A stretch of DNA of 64,000 nt from Actinomycetota bacterium (lineage in GTDB: Bacteria; Actinomycetota; Acidimicrobiia; Spongiisociales; UBA4744). Below the pieces are notes generated by a model, which was not told the DNA's origin, did no database searches, and saw only the letters and a list, made by a program, of their open reading frames with translations. Where the stretch lies: assembly GCA_013152275.1 (NCBI GenBank), contig JAADGS010000018.1, forward strand, positions 11,896 through 75,895, in the 5' to 3' direction. How positions within the stretch are numbered: position 1 is the first letter of the stretch; every line of letters starts with the position of its first letter. Positions 9,564-19,277 of the stretch are shown one piece after another. A program made the position numbers and the translations under genes.

Positions 9564-9719
9564 GGGTTGATTCTACGTGTCGATGGGGGATCGTCTGTGT
9601 TCGGCACGGGCGGTTCCCGGTCCGGAATCCACCATTCATGCCACATTCGCGGCCCCGTGACAAGGGGTTGTCCTCGCTCTTGCCGGCGCATACGTTGCTC
9701 AACGAGAGCAAGGAGTGAT

Positions 9720-10250
9720 GTGCCGGTTCTGTGCGTCCGAACAGAACAAGATGGCCTGCTGTCGGCGATTGCGCCGATCGGTCTCGCCGCGGCGGTCGAA
9801 ACTGCGCTCGTCGTCGACCTCGATCCGGAAGGTCCCGACTATCGGGGTGAGACATCGCTTGCCCGTCTCGTCGCAGACGGTCCGACACGCCGGGATCTGC
9901 ATCCGTCGAGAAGAGGTGTTGCCGTTCTGCGCAACGGCGGGATCGCCTACCAGGAGGCGGAGCAGGTGCTGGACGCACTGAGTGAGGGCTGGCCGCACCT
10001 GGTGCTGCGGCTTCCGGCGCGTGGCCTGTCGGTTCGATACGCGCCGGTCGTCCCGGGGGCACTCGCCATCGCGCAGAAGGGCCCCGCCGTATTCCAGCGA
10101 GCCGGATTTCGACTGAAGCCGCCCGCGCCGGGACCTGTGCTTCCAGCGCCGTCACGACGCACGGTCGGCGGGTTGCTGCGCGGCCAGGTCGATTCGCACA
10201 GCCGTTGGATCCGCGCCTGGCGCGGCATCTGGGAGCTGCCATGGATGTGA
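9720..10250 (+). CDS. degenerate TadZ/CpaE-like (MinD/ParA-fold) protein lacking the P-loop
   Basis: AAGGAG SD 5 nt before GTG 9720. MinD-like N-terminus in which GKGGVGKT is replaced by EQDGLLSA, while the DxD-like VVDLDPEG is retained. 10-nt overlap with tadA. The earlier part of ORF 9342..10250 overlaps the HAD gene on the other strand and is rejected. Confidence 0.5.
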   Translation: MPVLCVRTEQDGLLSAIAPIGLAAAVETALVVDLDPEGPDYRGETSLARLVADGPTRRDLHPSRRGVAVLRNGGIAYQEAEQVLDALSEGWPHLVLRLPARGLSVRYAPVVPGALAIAQKGPAVFQRAGFRLKPPAPGPVLPAPSRRTVGGLLRGQVDSHSRWIRAWRGIWELPWM

Positions 10251-11302
10251 GACGGCGGATCATGGGCCGTCTGCTCGCATCCGACATTCCATTGGAACGC
10301 GCTGCCGTGACCAGGGCAGCCACGGCGATACTCCGAGATGAGGCACCGCTCGCCCCGCCGGGGACCGCCCTGCAGGTCGCCGACGCGCTCGTCGGGCTGG
10401 GCCCGCTCGAGGCGCTTCTGCGGGACCCTGCGGTCTCCGACGTTCTCGTGAACGGTCCCGAGGACATCTGGGTCGAACGCTCCGGCGGACTGTCGCGCTC
10501 CGACGTCGTGTTCGCCGACGATGCCGAGATCGTCGCCGCGGTCGAACGGGTCGTAGGTCCGCTCGGGTTGCGGATCGATCGGGCATCGCCGATGGTGGAT
10601 GCGCGGCTCCCTGACGGCAGCCGCCTCCACGCGGTCGTTCCTCCTGCCGCGGTCGATGGCCCGATCCTCGCCGTTCGACGGTTCACCGCGGCCGTTCCCG
10701 ATCTCGATGCGCTCATCGCCGCCGGGTCCATTCGCAGGGAAGCCTCCGAACTGCTTCGGGCTGCGGTCGGGAATCGGGAGTCGATCGTCATCTCCGGGGG
10801 CACCGGCACCGGCAAGACCACGCTGTTGAACATCCTGTCGACCGAGATCGCGGGATCCGAACGGATCGTGACGGTGGAAGACGCCGCCGAGCTGAGGCTG
10901 AGCGGCCATGTCGTTCGTCTCGAGGCGAGACCCGCGAATGCAGAGGGAGCAGGGGAGGTGTCGCTGCGAGAACTCGTTCGGTCCGCACTGCGTCTCAGAC
11001 CCGATCGGATCATCCTCGGTGAGGTCAGGGGGCCCGAGGCGCTCGACATGATCACCGCCATGAACACGGGGCATCGCGGCTCGATGTCGACGGTGCATGC
11101 CAACAGTCCCGAAGAGGCGATGTGGCGTCTGGAGACCCTTGCGCTCTCCGGTTCCCGGCGGGTCTCCGAGGTCACCGTGCGGCGGCAACTCTTCGCGGCG
11201 ATCGACTATGTCGTCCAGGTCGAGCGCCAGGCCGGTGGACGTCGAGTGGCCACGATCGTGAAGGTCGCGGGAGAAGCGCTCGATCAGGTGTACGCATGCT
11301 GA
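10241..11302 (+). CDS. tadA: Tad/Flp pilus assembly ATPase (CpaF/TadA, type II/IV secretion NTPase)
   Basis: Walker A GGTGTGKTT, Asp box, His box and Walker B typical of the CpaF/VirB11 family. GGGAG SD. Confidence 0.9.
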   Translation: MDVRRRIMGRLLASDIPLERAAVTRAATAILRDEAPLAPPGTALQVADALVGLGPLEALLRDPAVSDVLVNGPEDIWVERSGGLSRSDVVFADDAEIVAAVERVVGPLGLRIDRASPMVDARLPDGSRLHAVVPPAAVDGPILAVRRFTAAVPDLDALIAAGSIRREASELLRAAVGNRESIVISGGTGTGKTTLLNILSTEIAGSERIVTVEDAAELRLSGHVVRLEARPANAEGAGEVSLRELVRSALRLRPDRIILGEVRGPEALDMITAMNTGHRGSMSTVHANSPEEAMWRLETLALSGSRRVSEVTVRRQLFAAIDYVVQVERQAGGRRVATIVKVAGEALDQVYAC

Positions 11303-11961
11303 CGGCCGCCGGTCTCGCCTGGGGGTTCGTGTCGGGTGTCCCCGTTGTCGTACTCGCTCTCGCCGGCCTGGCGGTGTACGAGCCGGGTCTGGCGCTGGGA
11401 GTGATCGCCGGCCTGACGGTGTTCGGTCGATACCAGGCAAGGTCCGAGGAGTACGAGGGGGCGTTCCTGCAGGCCGTCGCCGCAGAGTTGCGAGCAGGCG
11501 CGGGTTTGCGGCTCGCCCTTGCCGATGCGTCCGAGCGCGTCCCGGCGACGTCACTCGCTCCGGTTGCCAGGCTGGCCAGGGCCGGCCGCCCCCTCGACGA
11601 ACTCGCCGGCGCGCTCTCCACCGGCCTCGAACGACACGGTGCGCTCACGGCGGCAGCGGTGCGCATTGCCGGCATCACCGGGGGCCGGGTTGCGGATACG
11701 TTCGACGAACTTGCGCTCCTGGCAGCCGAAGATGCGCAGATGGAGGGGGAACGTCGCGCCGCGACGGCTCAGGCCCGAATCTCCGCGTGGATCGTGGGAG
11801 GCCTGCCGGCTGCGTATCTCGCCTACTCCGCAGGCAGTGGCCGTCTCGCCACGCTGTGGAACGCAGGGACGGTCGGTGTGGTGGTCCTCGGTGTCGGCGG
11901 CCTGTTCTTGTTGAGTGGCGTGGCGGGGATCGTGCTCATGGTGCGGAGGGCAGACCGATGA
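11296..11961 (+). CDS. tadB: Flp pilus assembly membrane protein TadB
   Basis: ATGCTGA overlap with the tadA stop. TM-rich protein in the canonical position after tadA. Confidence 0.75.
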   Translation: MLTAAGLAWGFVSGVPVVVLALAGLAVYEPGLALGVIAGLTVFGRYQARSEEYEGAFLQAVAAELRAGAGLRLALADASERVPATSLAPVARLARAGRPLDELAGALSTGLERHGALTAAAVRIAGITGGRVADTFDELALLAAEDAQMEGERRAATAQARISAWIVGGLPAAYLAYSAGSGRLATLWNAGTVGVVVLGVGGLFLLSGVAGIVLMVRRADR

Positions 11962-12485
11962 TGCTGGCGGCGCTCGTGGTCGCCGGTGCCGTCACCCTCG
12001 CCGAGACGGTCTCGTTGCCTCCTCTCAGGATGCCCGGCCGGCGCCGTCGCAGTGCCGTCGATGTCGGATCGACGGCCAGGATGCTGTTGATCGGGCTCAG
12101 TGCCGGTCTGTCGCTCGCTTCGGCGATGGAGGCCGCCGCCGACGAGCTGGGCCCGGAGTCGGCCGCCGAGTTGCGCCTGGTGTTGCGGCGGGCTCGCGTC
12201 GTGGGGCTCGCGACGGCGTTGGCGACCACCGACGGGAGCTCGATGCGCCTGTTCCACCGTCTCGCTCGTGCACACATGACCGGGGCGCCCACCATCGGAA
12301 CGATCGCCGCGTTCATCGAAGAGCATCGCACGGCCCAACGCGCCGCGATCCTCGAGAGGCTCCGGCGTCTTCCAGTCACGTTGACGGTTCCGCTGGCGCT
12401 GCTCATCCTTCCCGGATTCGTTCTGCTCACGCTCGGCCCCACGGTTGCCAACATCGTCCAACAGCTCGTTGGAGGGTTGCTGTGA
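11958..12485 (+). CDS. tadC: Flp pilus assembly membrane protein TadC
   Basis: ATGA overlap with tadB. TM protein at the canonical position. Confidence 0.7.
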   Translation: MMLAALVVAGAVTLAETVSLPPLRMPGRRRRSAVDVGSTARMLLIGLSAGLSLASAMEAAADELGPESAAELRLVLRRARVVGLATALATTDGSSMRLFHRLARAHMTGAPTIGTIAAFIEEHRTAQRAAILERLRRLPVTLTVPLALLILPGFVLLTLGPTVANIVQQLVGGLL

Positions 12486-12536
12486 TTTCGTTTCCCCCCG
12501 CGTCGGCCGGCAGCCGGCATCGAGAAAGGAGCATGG

Positions 12537-12719
12537 ATGCTCTGGTTGTGGAAATGGTTCGCTCTGCGAGAAGAAGGGCAGGGGACCGTCGAGTATGTGC
12601 TCGTGATCCTCGCCGCTGCGGCGATCGCGCTGTCGTTGATTCAGTGGGCAAGTCATACGAGCTTGCTCCCCGGTCTGTTCGGGACCGTGTTGAAGAAGGT
12701 CATCGGCCTGGCGAAATGA
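12537..12719 (+). CDS. flp: Flp family type IVb prepilin
   Basis: 60 aa. Flp cleavage/maturation motif G/TVEYVLVI (G-XXXXEY) followed by a hydrophobic helix. AAGGAG SD. Confidence 0.85.
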   Translation: MLWLWKWFALREEGQGTVEYVLVILAAAAIALSLIQWASHTSLLPGLFGTVLKKVIGLAK

Positions 12720-13072
12720 GCGAGAACGGATCGGCGGCGGTCGAGTTCGCGCTCGTGCTGCCGGTCGTTCTGCTGGTTCTGCTGGCGGTGACGCAGGTCG
12801 CAGTCGTTGCCCGCACCCAGCTCGAGTTGGCGAACGCCGCCCGAGAAGGAGCCAGGCGTGCAGCGACCGCTCCTGATCCTGCCGAAGCCGTCGACGCGGT
12901 CCGGCGTGCGCTCGATCCCAAGATCGCAGCTCGCGTCCGTGTCCAGGTGCGACGTCCCCACGTCGTGGGACGGCCCGCAGAGGTCACGGTCATCCTCCCT
13001 GTGCGCCTCACCGGGCTCGCCGGTATGACGGTGCGTCTGCGATCGAGCGCGGTGATGCGCGTTGAACGATGA
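12716..13072 (+). CDS. tadE: TadE-like pseudopilin
   Basis: N-terminal AAVEFALVLPVVLLVLL TadE motif. ATGA overlap with flp. Confidence 0.8.
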   Translation: MSENGSAAVEFALVLPVVLLVLLAVTQVAVVARTQLELANAAREGARRAATAPDPAEAVDAVRRALDPKIAARVRVQVRRPHVVGRPAEVTVILPVRLTGLAGMTVRLRSSAVMRVER

Positions 13073-13430
13073 GGCGGGGGCAGTCACGATCGTGCTGGCG
13101 GGTGTCGTCTTTGCCGTCTTGGTCCTGGGACTCGTGATCGCCGGAACCGGGCAGGTGCTCGCTGCCCGGTTCCAGGCGGCGACGGCGGCGGACGCCGCTG
13201 CGCTTGCCGCGGCCCCGGCGACGTTCCGGGCGGATCCGTACGAGGAGGCGGTTCGATTCGCTGAAGCGAACGGCGCTCACCTCGTGTCCTGTGAGTGTCG
13301 GCCGGATCGCTCATGGGCGCCGAGGACGGTCGAGACCGTGACGGAGATCACGGTGGAGGTTCTTGGGCTCGGGTCTCGACGAATCAGGGCAAGGGGGCGA
13401 GCCGAATACGTGCCGTTGACGGTGCCCTGA
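13062..13430 (+). CDS. TadF/Rv3654c-like pseudopilin
   Basis: N-terminal GAVTIVLAGVVFAVLVLGL TM segment, small size, and position after tadE. TTG/GTG start is uncertain. Confidence 0.55.
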   Translation: MNDEAGAVTIVLAGVVFAVLVLGLVIAGTGQVLAARFQAATAADAAALAAAPATFRADPYEEAVRFAEANGAHLVSCECRPDRSWAPRTVETVTEITVEVLGLGSRRIRARGRAEYVPLTVP

Positions 13431-13517
13431 CCGCGCCGCCGGCGCGAAGGGATCGCAACGGGCCGCCTGGCCGTCTCCCATGGTTGCCGTGTCCCGGTGG
13501 CAGGCGAGGCGAGCCGA

Positions 13518-15815
13518 TCAGCGACGACCGGAGAGTACCGCCCGCAGAAGGCGGACCGCCCCCTGCTTGGACAGCGGCTCGTTGTAGTTGCCGCACTTCG
13601 GCGACTGGATACAGGATGGGCAGCCGGACTCGCACGGGCACGAGTCGATCGCCTCGAGAGTCGAGCGCAGATGCCGCTCCCCGGTGGCGAAGGCGACGGG
13701 CGAGATCCCCGCCCCGCCCTGGTACGCCTCGTGGATGAAGATCGTCGCCTCCGCCGTGGCGGGATGCATCGGCGTGGAGAGGCCGCCCAGATCCCAACGA
13801 TCACATATCGCGAACAGGGGGAGCATCCCGATCGCGGCATGCTCCACCGCGTGCAGACTGCCGGGGAGCTCGTTCGCGGCGACACCGGCGGCTTCGATCA
13901 CTTCGTCGGGGACGGTGAACCACACGGCGTCCGTTTCGAGTCGAACCGGTGGAAGATCCAGCGGTTCGGTCGAGAGGATCTCTCCCGATCCGATCTTCTT
14001 TCGCCGGTACGCGACGACCGTGCTCTCCACGAGGACCCGGCCGAGTGAATGGCGGACGGCATGGATGCTCCTGTGCTCCGCGACATCGAGCACTTCGAGC
14101 ATCTTCTCTTCGTGAGGCTGCGTATACCAGTCGACGTCTGCAGGGGTTACGTGCACTTCGTGGAGATCGATGTCGAGCGTGTCGACCAGGTAACTGTCTC
14201 CCTGGTGGAGGTAGACGGCGCCCGGATGGGCCTGTGAGAACACTCGTGTCTCTTCGAGCGTGCCGAGCAGCTCACCGGACGAGATGTCGAGAATCTGATA
14301 CTGGTGACCGCCGGAGCCGCGGATGCTCACCCTGGGAGCGGGACGGCGGCGGCGAGCCCAGAACAGGCGGCCGTTTCGCACCTTGAGGTCGCCGGCCTCG
14401 ACGAGGCGGGTCGCCGCCTCCTCCACATCGCTGCCGAGGAAGTCGCGGTCGGAGAGGTCGAGGGGAAGCTCATACGCTGCGCACGCCGTGTGCGCGTCGA
14501 GGATCGTCGGGTTGTCCGGGTTGACCACGGCCGCTTCCGACGGCCGGGTGAACAGCTCTGCGGGGTGGGTCATGAAGTACTGATCGAGGGCGTCCTCGCC
14601 GCCGACGAGTACTGCCAGCGAGCAGTCCTTGGATCGACCGGCTCTTCCCGCCTGCTGCCAGAAGGAGGCGATCGTGCCGGGGAACGTCGTGATGATCGCG
14701 GCGTCGAGCCCACCGACGTCGATGCCGAGCTCCAGTGCATTCGTTGCCGTCACCCCGACGAGATCTCCGGAGAACAGTGCCGCCTCGATACGGCGCCGGT
14801 CCGATGCCAGGTAGCCGCCCCGGTACGGTGCAATGTGCTCCGCCAGTTCCGGATCGAGCCGATCGGCCGCCCAGCGGTAGATCAGCTCCGTCGCCTTCCG
14901 ACTGCGGGTGAACACGATCGTGTGCTCACCTCGGCGGACCAGATCGACGAACAGATCGGTCGACTCCGACAGGGCGGAGCGGCGGCGATCGTTGTCGCCC
15001 ATCGGCGGATTCCACAGCGCAACGGTCTTCTCGCCGGATGGTGAATCATCCCGGGAGACGACTTCGACGGGCAGCCCCGACAGCCGCTGTGCGAGTTCGC
15101 CGGGGTTCCCGATCGTGGCCGACGCGAAGACGAAGGTGGGATGCGACCCGTAGTGGGCTGCGATGCGCCGGAGCCTTCGCAGGATGTGGGCGACGTGGCT
15201 TCCGAAGATACCCCGCAGGACGTGCAGCTCATCGACGACCACGTAACGGAGGCGCAGGAAGTAGTCGGCCCACGCCCCGTGGTTCGGCAGGATCCCGACG
15301 TGCAGCATGTCCGGGTTGGTCAGCACGACGTTCGCATGGCGGCGAACCCATGCCCGGTCATCCGGTGCCGTGTCGCCGTCGTAGGTGGCGGCGACAAGGC
15401 CGGGGATACGCAGATCCTGAAAACTCCGCAGCTGATCCTGGGCCAGAGCCTTCGTCGGAACCAGCAGCATCGCCGAGGTGCGGGGGTTGTCGAGGATCGC
15501 CTCGACGATCGGTACCTGGTAGCCGAGCGACTTGCCCGAGGCGGTCCCCGACACCATCACCGTGTTGATGCCGGCCCGCACGTTGGCGATCGCCCGTGTC
15601 TGGTGGAGGTAGAGGCGCTCGACGCCGCGTTCTGCAAGACGCTCTTTGAGGACGCCCGCAAGGGGAGGGTCGGGATCCTCGAAGAGAGCCTGGCGTGCCG
15701 GGATCGTCTCCAGATGGGCCGGTGTGCCTTCGAAGTCCGGATGCTCCGCCCACGACCGAACGAGCTCCTCGAAGGAGGTGTTGCCCTTGGGGTCCTCGCC
15801 GTTGTCGGCGCTCAC
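13518..15815 (-). CDS. DEAD/DEAH-box helicase with C-terminal DUF1998 zinc-finger domain (MrfA/Rv3649-like)
   Basis: Walker A GTASGKS, DELH box, helicase C domain, and a C-terminal 4-Cys cluster (CPCESGCPSCIQSPKCGN). Confidence 0.9.
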   Translation of the reverse strand: MSADNGEDPKGNTSFEELVRSWAEHPDFEGTPAHLETIPARQALFEDPDPPLAGVLKERLAERGVERLYLHQTRAIANVRAGINTVMVSGTASGKSLGYQVPIVEAILDNPRTSAMLLVPTKALAQDQLRSFQDLRIPGLVAATYDGDTAPDDRAWVRRHANVVLTNPDMLHVGILPNHGAWADYFLRLRYVVVDELHVLRGIFGSHVAHILRRLRRIAAHYGSHPTFVFASATIGNPGELAQRLSGLPVEVVSRDDSPSGEKTVALWNPPMGDNDRRRSALSESTDLFVDLVRRGEHTIVFTRSRKATELIYRWAADRLDPELAEHIAPYRGGYLASDRRRIEAALFSGDLVGVTATNALELGIDVGGLDAAIITTFPGTIASFWQQAGRAGRSKDCSLAVLVGGEDALDQYFMTHPAELFTRPSEAAVVNPDNPTILDAHTACAAYELPLDLSDRDFLGSDVEEAATRLVEAGDLKVRNGRLFWARRRRPAPRVSIRGSGGHQYQILDISSGELLGTLEETRVFSQAHPGAVYLHQGDSYLVDTLDIDLHEVHVTPADVDWYTQPHEEKMLEVLDVAEHRSIHAVRHSLGRVLVESTVVAYRRKKIGSGEILSTEPLDLPPVRLETDAVWFTVPDEVIEAAGVAANELPGSLHAVEHAAIGMLPLFAICDRWDLGGLSTPMHPATAEATIFIHEAYQGGAGISPVAFATGERHLRSTLEAIDSCPCESGCPSCIQSPKCGNYNEPLSKQGAVRLLRAVLSGRR

Positions 15816-17032
15816 GGGCTCTCCAGGGTCCCGTCGGCGAGATCCTGGAAGGTCGCCAGCGCATCGTCGGTCAGGCGCACGATGGAAGAACCGTTCACCC
15901 TGTCGGGGACTCCGTCGGCGACGACGTTCGACACCGGGCCCGACTCGTAGATGGTCGCGCCCATCGTCAGCAGTGCCGCCGCGTCGAGATCCGTCGTCGT
16001 GTGATCCGTCAGGAGTTCGAGCGAGGCCGGCAGGCGGCGGATGCCCAGCAGGCGCACGGCCCGGAGGCCGGCCAGCATGACGAGTCCCTGATCGTGGCTT
16101 CTCGTGAAGTCGCCACCACGGAGGTGGCGGTTGCGGGAGAATGCGAGTGCGGCTGCTCCGTCGAGCATCTGCTCTCCGGGCTGAAAGAACGCTTGTGAGG
16201 CTCTGTCCGCCATCGCGAACGGTACGTCGAGGACGATTCCACCGAGGTCGTCCACGAGGCCGGTGAATCCTTCGAACCCGGTCAGGACATAACCATCGAT
16301 CGGCAGGGAGGTCAGCTCGCGTGCGGTCGCGAGCAGTGTGTCGACGCCGCGCCGTGACAGGACGGAGGTGAACTTGTCGGTGAGCCCGTCGGGTGTCGTG
16401 ACGTAGGAATCGCGCGGGATTCCAACGATCGTTTCGGCTCCGGACGAAGGAACCATCGCAACGATGTGCAGGCTGTCGGCTCTCGAGCGGAGCGGGTTCT
16501 CGCCCGGCCTGGCGTCGGAACCGACGACGAGAAGGAACTTCGGTTCACTGCCATAGGAGGCGGGCAGGCCGAAGCGGGCCAGCTTCGCGCCGACGATCCT
16601 CCACGTCGGGTCGGCGACGGCGAGGATCACGTCGTCCCCGGCGGTGATCACCGCGATCGGTGTCTCGAGGATCTCGCCGAGTCCGGCTGCGGCGCGAATC
16701 GTGAGCCGGCCCTCTCCAGGGTCGAGGTTCTCGACGAGAGTGTCCAGTCCGGGAGGCAGATCGAGAGGAGGCGACGACGAGGTGTGGGCCTCGATGTAGA
16801 GATCCCCGACCAGCTCGGCGAGGGGTTCCGGTACCCCGCTCAGATAGAGCCTGACGGTGGGAGGTGGCGTGGTCGTCGTCGTGGTCGGGGCTGTCGTTGT
16901 CGAAGCTGCGGCCGTCGTTTCCACCGGTCGCGTCGTCGTTTCCACCGGTCGTGTCGTCGTCGCGGCAGGAATCGAAGAGCACGCGCCGACGACGAATGCA
17001 GACGTGATTACGAGTGCGATCGCGCGAACCAT
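15812..17032 (-). CDS. LytR-CpsA-Psr (LCP) family cell-envelope protein, lipoprotein
   Basis: Lipobox VVGACSS, a Thr/Pro-rich linker with a TTTRPVET duplication, and an LCP domain (LLVVGSDAR...DSLHIV). Confidence 0.8.
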   Translation of the reverse strand: MVRAIALVITSAFVVGACSSIPAATTTRPVETTTRPVETTAAASTTTAPTTTTTTPPPTVRLYLSGVPEPLAELVGDLYIEAHTSSSPPLDLPPGLDTLVENLDPGEGRLTIRAAAGLGEILETPIAVITAGDDVILAVADPTWRIVGAKLARFGLPASYGSEPKFLLVVGSDARPGENPLRSRADSLHIVAMVPSSGAETIVGIPRDSYVTTPDGLTDKFTSVLSRRGVDTLLATARELTSLPIDGYVLTGFEGFTGLVDDLGGIVLDVPFAMADRASQAFFQPGEQMLDGAAALAFSRNRHLRGGDFTRSHDQGLVMLAGLRAVRLLGIRRLPASLELLTDHTTTDLDAAALLTMGATIYESGPVSNVVADGVPDRVNGSSIVRLTDDALATFQDLADGTLESP

Positions 17033-17119
17033 GGATCAGGGATCGTACCTGCCGTATTGGAGGGCGGGCCGCGGGGTTCGTATACTCGCCTGCATTCGGT
17101 TACACGGGGAGAGACGCCG

Positions 17120-19183
17120 ATGGCAGGAACACCCTTCGTTTACGCGGCATTGGTGAGTGCGGCACTTGCGCTCTTACTTGCAGCGTTCTACTCGAGACAG
17201 GTGATGGCCGCTCCGCGCGGCAACGCGCGGATGATCGAGATCTCGGACGCGATCCGTGAAGGAGCGATGGCGTTCCTGCGTCGCGAGTACACGTGGGTTG
17301 CGGTGTTCGTCGTGCTGATGGCCGGCCTGATCGGCGCGCTTCTGCCGTGGGGCCGACCGTGGGGCGCCGTCGCGTACATCTTTGGGGCGTTCCTCTCCGC
17401 ACTGGCGGGATTCGTTGGCATGCGTGTTGCGACGGCGGCGAACAGTCGTACGACCGAAGCCGCCCGCACCGGGGGCGTTACTGCCGCACTGCCTCTCGCG
17501 TTTCGGGGCGGAGCGGTGATGGGCTTCACCGTTGCGGGTCTCGGCCTGACCGGTGTCGGGCTCGGATATCTCGTCTTCAGGGTGTGGCTCAAGGTCGATG
17601 GGTGGGCCGACATCGTGACGGCGATCGGCCTCGGGGCATCATCGATCGCCTTGTTCGCAAGGGTCGGGGGTGGCATCTTCACGAAGGCGGCGGATGTGGG
17701 TGCCGACCTCGTGGGGAAGCTGGAGGCCGGAATCCCCGAGGACGATCCTCGCAACCCTGCGGTGATTGCGGACAACGTCGGAGACAATGTCGGGGATACC
17801 GCCGGCATGGGCGCCGACCTCTATGAGAGTTATGTCGGCTCCCTCGTCGCTCCGATCGCCTACTCGGCGATCGTTTTCGCGTCTGCGGGATTCAAAGACC
17901 GGGCGATCATTTTTCCTCTCGCCATCGCCGCGGTCGGCATGCTCGCATCGATCATCGGCTCGTTCGCCGTTCGGGCTCGCGACGAAGGGCACCTTGCGGC
18001 CGGCCTGCACCGAGGCACGTATCTGGCAGCCATCATCACGGCAATCGGCTCGCTCGGCCTCTCCTACTGGGTGTTCGGTGGAGCCGACGGGGTGAAGAAC
18101 CCGCTTGGCGTTTTCCTCGCCGTGTTTGTCGGGCTCCTGGTCGGGCTGGCGATCGGTCAGATTTCGGAGTGGTTCACTTCCGATCGCTACAAGGTCGTGA
18201 AGGAGATCGCGCGTCAGGCCCAGACGGGACCGGCGACCGTGATCCTCTCGGGTATCTCGGAGGGGATGCGGTCCTCTGCGTTCAGTGTGATCGTCGTGGC
18301 GGCCGGAATCGGCGGCGCCTACTGGGCCGGTGATTGGGGGCTCGGAGCAGGTGGCGGCGTCTACGGCATCGCGATTGCGGCAATCGGCGTCCTCGCCACG
18401 CTTGGCATCACCGTTTCTGTCGACGCCTACGGGCCCATTGCCGACAACGCCGGTGGGATTGCCGAAATGGCCGGGCTGCCTCACGAGGTTCGCGAGAGCA
18501 CGGATGCCCTCGATTCGCTGGGGAACACGACCGCGGCGATCGCCAAGGGATTCGCGATCGGATCGGCCGCCGTGACGGCACTCGCGCTGTTCTCGGCGTT
18601 CGTTCAGGCGGTGAAACTCACCGAGATCAACATCATGGACGTCGGGACCATGATCGGCCTGTTCCTCGGCGGGATGTTCCCGTTCCTGTTCGCCGCGTTG
18701 ACGCTCAACGCGGTCAGTCGGTCGGCCTTTCGCATGATCGAGGAGGTTCGCCGTCAGTTCAGGGAGATCCCCGGGTTGCGTGAAGGCAAAGAGGGGGTCA
18801 AGGCCGAGTACGCGAAGTGTGTCGACATTGCCACCGTCGGAGCGTTGCGGGAGATGATCCTGCCGGGTGCTCTGGCGATCGTGCTTCCGCTCGCCATCGG
18901 GTTCGTCAACACGGAAGCTCTCGGAGGTTTCCTCGCGGGAGCTCTCGTCGTCGGATTCCTGCTCGCCATCTACATGACGAACGCCGGTGGCGCCTGGGAC
19001 AACGCCAAGAAGTTCATCGAGGCCGGAGCGTTCGGCGGAAAAGGTTCCGAGGCGCACTATGCGGCGGTCATCGGTGACACGGTGGGCGATCCGTTCAAAG
19101 ACACGACCGGCCCCGCGATGAACATCATGATCAAGGTGATGACGATCGTCAGCCTGATCTTCGCTTCGGCCTTCATTCGTTGA
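17120..19183 (+). CDS. hppA: membrane-bound proton-translocating pyrophosphatase (V-type H+-PPase)
   Basis: 688 aa, ~16 TM segments. GGG-x-TKAADVGADLVGK, DNVGDNVGD and GDTVGDPFKDT signature motifs. ORF-track N-extension rejected. Confidence 0.95.
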   Translation: MAGTPFVYAALVSAALALLLAAFYSRQVMAAPRGNARMIEISDAIREGAMAFLRREYTWVAVFVVLMAGLIGALLPWGRPWGAVAYIFGAFLSALAGFVGMRVATAANSRTTEAARTGGVTAALPLAFRGGAVMGFTVAGLGLTGVGLGYLVFRVWLKVDGWADIVTAIGLGASSIALFARVGGGIFTKAADVGADLVGKLEAGIPEDDPRNPAVIADNVGDNVGDTAGMGADLYESYVGSLVAPIAYSAIVFASAGFKDRAIIFPLAIAAVGMLASIIGSFAVRARDEGHLAAGLHRGTYLAAIITAIGSLGLSYWVFGGADGVKNPLGVFLAVFVGLLVGLAIGQISEWFTSDRYKVVKEIARQAQTGPATVILSGISEGMRSSAFSVIVVAAGIGGAYWAGDWGLGAGGGVYGIAIAAIGVLATLGITVSVDAYGPIADNAGGIAEMAGLPHEVRESTDALDSLGNTTAAIAKGFAIGSAAVTALALFSAFVQAVKLTEINIMDVGTMIGLFLGGMFPFLFAALTLNAVSRSAFRMIEEVRRQFREIPGLREGKEGVKAEYAKCVDIATVGALREMILPGALAIVLPLAIGFVNTEALGGFLAGALVVGFLLAIYMTNAGGAWDNAKKFIEAGAFGGKGSEAHYAAVIGDTVGDPFKDTTGPAMNIMIKVMTIVSLIFASAFIR

Positions 19184-19277
19184 TGACCCCCGGCCGGTGG
19201 CGGGCCTCTGAGTGAGGCCTGCCGTTCGCGCCGGGACGGGCGATGTGGTGTTACGGCCCGCCTATCCTTGCTCCTCA

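Noticed and set aside
9342-9719. N-terminal part of ORF 9342..10250
   Set aside because: It overlaps the HAD hydrolase gene on the opposite strand. Only the segment from the GTG at 9720, which has an SD, is kept as the tadZ-like gene.
8512-11175. 887-aa minus-strand ORF across the HAD, tadZ-like, tadA region
   Set aside because: It overlaps several motif-supported genes on both strands. The composition is low-complexity Arg/Ser/Pro. An artefact.
16466-17119. N-terminal extension of the hppA ORF
   Set aside because: It overlaps the LCP gene on the opposite strand. The conserved H+-PPase N-terminus and SD region begin at 17120.
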